This document shows positions 58,269-64,000 of a stretch of 64,000 bases of DNA, one piece after another (position 1 is the stretch's first letter; each line of letters opens with the position of its first letter). The notes below the pieces were generated by a model, which saw only the letters and a list, made by a program, of their open reading frames with translations, ran no database searches and was not told the origin of the DNA. The DNA is from Candidatus Heimdallarchaeota archaeon (lineage in GTDB: Archaea > Asgardarchaeota > Heimdallarchaeia > Heimdallarchaeales > Heimdallarchaeaceae), in assembly GCA_019057375.1 (NCBI GenBank), contig DXJF01000097.1:1-64000 (forward strand). The letters are read 5' to 3'. Made by a program: the position numbers and the translations under genes.

Positions 58269-59027
58269 ATGGAATTAAGGGAAAGTACAGGATTACCTAT
58301 TATTAGTGAAGAGACTGTACTAAAATATAGTGAAAGTGAAATTAGTGTAAAAGATGTAATAATTCACAGAACCAAGGACATTTCCAACTTCTTGTTGAAA
58401 AAAGAATGGGAAGGAAAAGATGAGGAAGAAGAAGTGTTTAGAATCTATAAAGGAATAAGGAAAGTAGTAGATAAACACCTTTGGGATGTAATGAGATTTG
58501 ATTTCTTAATTATCCAAGCTGGAAAATTAGGAGAAGAATGTTACAAGACTTCTGGTTACTATAGATCCTTTGCAGGTACAGGATACCGTTTTTCCGAGAT
58601 CTATCAAGTTGTTGAAGGATATTCGGAATTCTTAATCCAACAATTCGGGGAGACCCATGAGAAAATTAAAGATGCTGTAATGATAAGGGCACAAAAATTT
58701 GATACTGTTATTGTACCTCCTTCTTACGGAGTTTCGATAATTAATCCAAGTGACCAAAAAGTTGTTCTTGCAAGAATCCGTGCAGACGATGCTAAGGAAA
58801 TTAAGGATGACTATGAAAGAACAAAAGGGGAATGTTATATTAGGGGAGAAGAAGGGAGATGGATGTATAATGAGAACTATCATGAAATACCCAATCTGAG
58901 ATTAGAACCACCTCAAAATAAATGGAGATCTTTGAAAAGAGGTATTCCGATTTATAGTATATATGTATACAAACCAAGAATATTTGCACCTTTATTAGAA
59001 CCAGACCCAGCTGACTATGTTATTTGA
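58269..59027 (+). CDS. Cupin-type glucose-6-phosphate isomerase homolog (metal His residues absent)
   Basis: RFDFLII..GKLGEE..KTSG, EIYQVVEG, VIVPPSYG..INP. Confidence 0.7.
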   Translation: MELRESTGLPIISEETVLKYSESEISVKDVIIHRTKDISNFLLKKEWEGKDEEEEVFRIYKGIRKVVDKHLWDVMRFDFLIIQAGKLGEECYKTSGYYRSFAGTGYRFSEIYQVVEGYSEFLIQQFGETHEKIKDAVMIRAQKFDTVIVPPSYGVSIINPSDQKVVLARIRADDAKEIKDDYERTKGECYIRGEEGRWMYNENYHEIPNLRLEPPQNKWRSLKRGIPIYSIYVYKPRIFAPLLEPDPADYVI

Positions 59028-59036
59028 TTTTCTCAT

Positions 59037-59528
59037 TTAATCATCTTTTCCATAGATTTCTTCGTCAGTCCAACCTGTTGAACGTTTTAGTAACCATTGT
59101 ATTTGTCCTAAGTGTCTATGTTCATGATTAATTAGTCTAATTAAATAAATTCGTCGTTGCATTTTACCTTTCCACATGTCAATATATTCTTCTTCTTGCT
59201 CAGATGTTAAAGAGGATAGGTTTTTACTTAGTAATGGTGATATTTTGTCAAATTCCTCGATTAAATTATCTAAAGATACTTGATCATGTATTTCTTCTTC
59301 AAGATCAATTGCAAGTTGAGATGGTTTTTGTGATTCAGTGGGGAGTTTGTCTAACATCCATTGAATGTTCATTAAGAGATGCCTGAAAATTAGTTCCGGA
59401 CTCCAAGTTTTTTCAGTTTGTTTATAATGAAAGTGCTTTTTGAGAACTTTAGAAAAAAAACCAAGAAGTTTTTTCCTATCCTCTTCAACAATGCTATAGA
59501 GTTGTTGTATTGAAACCATAACTATCAA
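59037..59528 (-). CDS. DinB-family protein
   Basis: WSPELIFRHL, NHEHRHLGQI. Confidence 0.8.
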   Translation of the reverse strand: MIVMVSIQQLYSIVEEDRKKLLGFFSKVLKKHFHYKQTEKTWSPELIFRHLLMNIQWMLDKLPTESQKPSQLAIDLEEEIHDQVSLDNLIEEFDKISPLLSKNLSSLTSEQEEEYIDMWKGKMQRRIYLIRLINHEHRHLGQIQWLLKRSTGWTDEEIYGKDD

Positions 59529-59657
59529 CTAGATTTAGTATTCATACACTCTTATAATTTTTCTACAAATGAGAGCAAAAGAAGTAAGGAAAGAACAAAA
59601 TAACTAAAAAGAGAAGTGTAAAAAGATAATAGTAGAATGCGACTAGATAACAAGAAG

Positions 59658-59767
59658 TGGTGGGGCATAGCAGATTTGAACTGCCGACCCCCCGGTTTTT
59701 GAGTTAAATGCTTAACAAACAAATAACATATCAGCCGAGTGCTCTAACCAAGCTGAGCTAATGCCCC
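59658..59767 (-). tRNA. tRNA-Ile(GAT) with 32-nt intron at 37/38
   Basis: GGGGCAT/ATGCCCC; CTCGG-CTGATA[intron]A-CCGGG; GGCAG-TTCAAAT-CTGCT; ACCA. Confidence 0.95.
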
Positions 59768-59953
59768 GTTCTTACTGCATTCTTCCTAATTTATTACTTT
59801 TAAAAATGTTTTCTTATAATTCTAAAAAAGAAAAGAAAATGCATAGTAATAAATTAAAGCACCCATACTTTCACGTTACAAGCTAAAGAAAGAAGGAACA
59901 TGGTTAGTCTATTGTAAGACATTTTTTTATGCTAATCTCTCCTAAGAAGAGTT

Positions 59954-60175
59954 CTACTCACTGTCATTCTTTGAGGTGTAAAATGGAGATTTTTTTTCGT
60001 TTTTCAACATTCGAATCAATCTATCCATCCCTTCAATTTCTTCTACACTTACTCTTGGTTTTTCCTGTAATAAATCCTGAAATCTTAAAATCTTATTTCT
60101 ACTGTCCACACTAATCTCTATCTTAGGGTTTGATTCTGTTAATTTTTCAGATTCCTCTATCATTTGCATAACCAT
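59954..60175 (-). CDS. Small hypothetical protein (paralog A)
   Basis: Shares DLLxEKPRxSVxEI...LIxMLKN with 60372-60581. Confidence 0.65.
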   Translation of the reverse strand: MVMQMIEESEKLTESNPKIEISVDSRNKILRFQDLLQEKPRVSVEEIEGMDRLIRMLKNEKKSPFYTSKNDSE

Positions 60176-60371
60176 TTGTTACTTTAGTTCCCAACCCTAT
60201 TTTGCATAATGATAGGATGTATTACTTACGTATTTGCCAGATGAATATAAAGGACAATTAAAATTCTATACTGTACTTCTTTTGTAACTTTATGAGACCA
60301 TCAAATGAATTTGATGATTCCATTGAAGCTGGTGCTGATTTTTTTCTTTTTTTGGGCAGAACACTAAGTAA

Positions 60372-60581
60372 TTATTTTCCAGTACTTTTTGGAGGCTTAT
60401 ACGAGAATTTTGCAGCGTTTTTTAGCATCTTTATCAGTTTGTAGGTATCGTCTATCTCTCTTACACTAGCTCGAGGTTTTTCTGTAAGCAAATCTTCTAT
60501 TTTGAGAATAACTCTCCCTTTATCTGGTTTTGCAGACAACTTAGGAATAGATTCAAGTGTTCGTTCTATTTTTTTAACCAT
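60372..60581 (-). CDS. Small hypothetical protein (paralog B)
   Basis: Shares DLLxEKPRxSVxEI...LIxMLKN with 59954-60175. Confidence 0.65.
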   Translation of the reverse strand: MVKKIERTLESIPKLSAKPDKGRVILKIEDLLTEKPRASVREIDDTYKLIKMLKNAAKFSYKPPKSTGK

Positions 60582-60714
60582 TCAGAATCACAGTACTTAT
60601 TTCTTAGTCTTAAGAGCTTAACTATTTTCTTTTGATAGAATGTATTACTTGGATATTCATTATTTGCTTGTGAAAGACAATTAACGTTTTATAGTAACTT
60701 TTCACTGTTTTCAT

Positions 60715-61134
60715 ATGTCTCCATCAAAAGAATCAGATGCTTCTGTCGCTGCAGGAGCTGACTTACTTCTAAAGGGTTGGAAGATGATCAATAAGGCATG
60801 CCCTGTTTGTGTAGAACCTCTTTATGAAAAAGATGGAAAAGTTGTTTGTGTAAAATGTAAAAAAGAATATGTTCTGGTGGATTCAAAATCTGAAATGCCC
60901 CCAACTAAAACATCAGAAGCTCAACAACCAGCAGCAAGTTCTTCACCAAACAATTTCAGTTCATATGATTTCAGCTCTTTACCTCCTGCTTTAGCAGATA
61001 CCGCAAAGATAATGCTGGAAAAAATAACCGATCTGAATGCCAAATTAAAAGAAACATCAGATCCCAAAGAGATATCATCAATTTCTTCTTCAATTCGTTC
61101 TCTTATTGATTCTCTCCGTTCTCTGAATTCTTAG
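60715..61134 (+). CDS. SSSCA1/autoantigen p27-family zinc-ribbon protein
   Basis: GADLLLKGWKMINKACPVC..PLY...GKVVCVKC. Confidence 0.88.
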   Translation: MSPSKESDASVAAGADLLLKGWKMINKACPVCVEPLYEKDGKVVCVKCKKEYVLVDSKSEMPPTKTSEAQQPAASSSPNNFSSYDFSSLPPALADTAKIMLEKITDLNAKLKETSDPKEISSISSSIRSLIDSLRSLNS

Positions 61135-63592
61135 GTTCTTTTTTTACTTTTTCTCTTTTTAAGAACTCTAATTCATCCTTCATACCCTTTATCTCTTCTC
61201 CCGTCTCAATTTCGTTATAGTTTGTATAAATAAAATCAACTATGTCAGAAGCTATTTTCTCACCAACACCACGTACTTCAAAGAAGTCCTCTAATTTCGC
61301 ATTCATAATTTCTTTAACCGACCCAAAATGCTTCAACATTCTACTAGCTATCTTGTGGTCGACATGTGGTAACGAAGCAATAGCTTCCTCTAACTGCGAC
61401 TTAAGACCTATTCCCTTTCTCTTACCAATTGAAATACTTCTTTTTCTCTCTTCTTGTTCTCTTCTTGCCAAAGCAAATAGAATTTCTGCTGTTTCTTTCT
61501 GATTTTGAGTGTGAATAATTGGGAGTCTGAAATCTGTAGCTAAAGAAGTTAAAGCTCCAGCAAGTGCATGTGGGTGAAGTGACGAACTGAATAAATTGAA
61601 GTCTCCTTCTAAAATCATTACAGGTTTTGCACAACTCTCAACTAACACTTTTGTTTGTGAGAATAATCTCTTATCTAGAATTGATTTGATGAAATCATCA
61701 CCTGTTTTTCTCTCAACTACAACTTGGTCTGAACAAATGTAGTCACCAATATCCAATCTTTCAAATCCTAGTTCTACATCTTTGTTCATCAATTCTTTAA
61801 TAACGACTGAATTTCTTTCTCTACTATCACAAATTACTTTGATTTTTCCCTTTTCTTTAACGAATTTAACATCTTTAGTTTCTTTTTCGAGGTTTTCTGG
61901 TTCTTCTAGTTTTTCTTCTTGATATTCTTGTGTCTTGGTTGAAACTTTTTCTGCTTCTTTGAGAAAATCCATAATTCCCTTTTGTTTATCTTTCGTTGCT
62001 GTTTCTTTCTTTTTTAAGGGTCTTTCAAGCCTCTTCACGAGTTTTTTCATTTTTTGTGCTTGTCTCTTAGATGCCCACATGTATGCTTCATCTCTAGTTC
62101 CCTCAGCGATGAGCATAATTACTTTTCCTTCCTTTCTTCTTCCTGTCCGTCCCTTTCTCTGAATTAATCTGATAGCACTTGGGACAGCATCATAGAAAAT
62201 TACTAACTCACACTCACCAATGTCTAACCCTTCTTCTGCAACACTAGTTGAAACTAATGAGTTGTAAGTTCCATCTCGAAAAGATTGCATAATTTCAATT
62301 TGTTCTTTCTGGGAAAGACCTTTGTCACCTCTTGCGGAAGATTGCCCCACAAACCAATGGGATTTTATTCCATTTATTTTGTTTAGTTCTTCACTAATTA
62401 TTTTGGCAGTTACTCTGAAATGTGCAAAAATAAGTATTCTGTTGTTTGGATTATTCGATAATTCCTCAGTTACAATCTCTTTTAATCTTTCAATTTTCGG
62501 GTGAATATTTTTCTCTTCTTGAAGAATTTGAACAGATTCTACAACTTGTCGCATTTCATCTGAGAACATTAATTCTTTTAGTGCTCTACTTCCTTTCCCA
62601 AACTTAATCTCATTAATTTGTTTTTCTAAATATTTACTCAATGAAGGTATTCCTTGTGTTTCAATAAGTTCTATGGCATGAGATAATCGAATTGAATTAC
62701 CTACTAAAGACATGGCTCTGAAGAATTCTGTTCTATCTTCTTGATCTGAATTACTGTAGATTTCATTTACCCTTGCTCTTAACTGTAATAATTCCCTCCT
62801 AGGATTATTTTTTGGGGAGACCGATTTAATAATTTTAAGTTCTTTTAATCCCTCCAGGATAACCTTGAAGAGATCATTTAGCGTATCAATAATTGTTTTA
62901 AATTCGTCTGATAGTGGAATAATTTCCCAGCTTTCATCAATTTTATGTATATATTGCCTAACATCATCTGAACTTTCATCACGCATTTCGATGTTAGTGA
63001 TTCCAAGATTAGATTGAACTTCATCAATTCTTTCAATTTTTGAACCAGGACTAGCGGTTATACCAAGCAATAAAGGATTGGTTGCTCTTTTAAGATATTG
63101 TTCCGCGATGAAAACATAGCTATGGTCTCCGACAGCTTTATGTGCTTCATCTAAACACAGAAAAATAATTTCTTCCAATTTGACTCTTCTTTGAATTATG
63201 TCATTCTGTATAGTTTGAGGCGTAGTAATGAACACTTGGCCATTATCCCAAATCTCCTTGCGTTTCTTTGGATCAATTTGTCCAGAAACTTGAACAATCT
63301 TATCTTGATCAATATTTAGTGATTTACGGGTTGTACGCTCATGCTGGTCAAGTAAGGGTTTTGTTGGAGCACAAAAAACGATTTTTCCTTCTGGAAATTT
63401 CTCTAATCTCTGTGCAGTAATCATCAGATAAAGAACTGTTTTACCTAACCCTGTTGGTAAAATAACAAGGGAATTTTCCTTTATACAAGAAGCAAAAAGA
63501 GTCTGTTGGTATAATCTTGCTTCAATTGTATTTTGCTTAATCAAAGGATGATTTAGGTATTCAGTCTGGTTCATTTTAGACCACAATAACAA
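61103..63592 (-). CDS. hef: Hef helicase/nuclease (FANCM-like DEAH helicase + ERCC4 + HhH)
   Basis: LPTGLGKT, DEAH, TASPG, QRKGRTGR, DSRE, GDY, VERKT, GVGEK. Confidence 0.95.
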   Translation of the reverse strand: MLLWSKMNQTEYLNHPLIKQNTIEARLYQQTLFASCIKENSLVILPTGLGKTVLYLMITAQRLEKFPEGKIVFCAPTKPLLDQHERTTRKSLNIDQDKIVQVSGQIDPKKRKEIWDNGQVFITTPQTIQNDIIQRRVKLEEIIFLCLDEAHKAVGDHSYVFIAEQYLKRATNPLLLGITASPGSKIERIDEVQSNLGITNIEMRDESSDDVRQYIHKIDESWEIIPLSDEFKTIIDTLNDLFKVILEGLKELKIIKSVSPKNNPRRELLQLRARVNEIYSNSDQEDRTEFFRAMSLVGNSIRLSHAIELIETQGIPSLSKYLEKQINEIKFGKGSRALKELMFSDEMRQVVESVQILQEEKNIHPKIERLKEIVTEELSNNPNNRILIFAHFRVTAKIISEELNKINGIKSHWFVGQSSARGDKGLSQKEQIEIMQSFRDGTYNSLVSTSVAEEGLDIGECELVIFYDAVPSAIRLIQRKGRTGRRKEGKVIMLIAEGTRDEAYMWASKRQAQKMKKLVKRLERPLKKKETATKDKQKGIMDFLKEAEKVSTKTQEYQEEKLEEPENLEKETKDVKFVKEKGKIKVICDSRERNSVVIKELMNKDVELGFERLDIGDYICSDQVVVERKTGDDFIKSILDKRLFSQTKVLVESCAKPVMILEGDFNLFSSSLHPHALAGALTSLATDFRLPIIHTQNQKETAEILFALARREQEERKRSISIGKRKGIGLKSQLEEAIASLPHVDHKIASRMLKHFGSVKEIMNAKLEDFFEVRGVGEKIASDIVDFIYTNYNEIETGEEIKGMKDELEFLKREKVKKEPKNSENGENQ

Positions 63593-63718
63593 TTTGCATA
63601 TGATGTTTTATATTTGAATATATAAATAATAGTTCTTTTCTTATCCATTGCTCAAGTTAATGCATCTTGGATACAAAAGTCTTATAATGAAGAAATAATA
63701 GAAAGGAGGATATCCATT

Positions 63719-64000
63719 ATGAGCTCTAACAACAATGATTCTGAAATACCTTCAGGAACCCAGTTGAAAATCTTTACTCTGGTGAGCGCTGTAGGTGTAG
63801 GAGTTTTCATGTCTTCCTTAGATGCATCTATTGTAGTAGTGATTCTAGAACAGATTGGAGCAGATTTCGATGTTTCTCCACCTATATTACAATGGGTAAT
63901 ACTTTCCTATCTTCTAACTATGATGGCTTTTACAATGGTTGCAGGAGATTTAGGAGATAGATATAGCAACAAAAGAATTTTCCAATATGGGATGGTTCTT
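63719..64000 (+). CDS. MFS transporter (DHA2/EmrB-like), partial
   Basis: Manual translation FMSSLDASIVVV...QWVILSYLL...GDLGDRY..KRIF. Confidence 0.88.
   Translation, partial: MSSNNNDSEIPSGTQLKIFTLVSAVGVGVFMSSLDASIVVVILEQIGADFDVSPPILQWVILSYLLTMMAFTMVAGDLGDRYSNKRIFQYGMVL

Overview
AT-rich archaeal chromosomal window, most likely Asgard/Heimdallarchaeia-like. This is inferred from eL38, aRF1, GINS, RPA3, Hef, PINA, a TM-anchored polyproline protein and a DPM2-like protein, not from a phylogeny. About 85% is housekeeping: transcription, translation, tRNA/rRNA modification, replication, proteasome, exosome, SRP and a scattered A/V-ATPase. There are four intact tRNA genes (Val-TAC; intron-containing Leu-CAA, Leu-TAA, Ile-GAT) and a 5'-truncated tRNA-Pro relic. 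Two integrase-less accessory islands hang off tRNA 3' ends and are punctuated by partial tRNA copies. (i) tRNA-Val, then TnpB, wHTH-PLD, HEPN, a tRNA fragment, GIY-YIG and a second tRNA fragment (1.65-5.96 kb). (ii) tRNA-Leu(TAA), then DUF4389-CPBP, YaaC-like, a ~100-nt tRNA-Leu copy with an intact BHB intron, and an unusually large (~640-650 aa) TnpB/Cas12f-like RuvC protein. The element carrying that protein (49608-51646, flanked by GGAA on both sides) splits a perfect copy of the tRNA-Leu(CAA) 3' exon, so its predicted guide starts with tRNA sequence. This element is the best candidate for an undescribed system. All family assignments come from motif recognition by eye; no searches were run.
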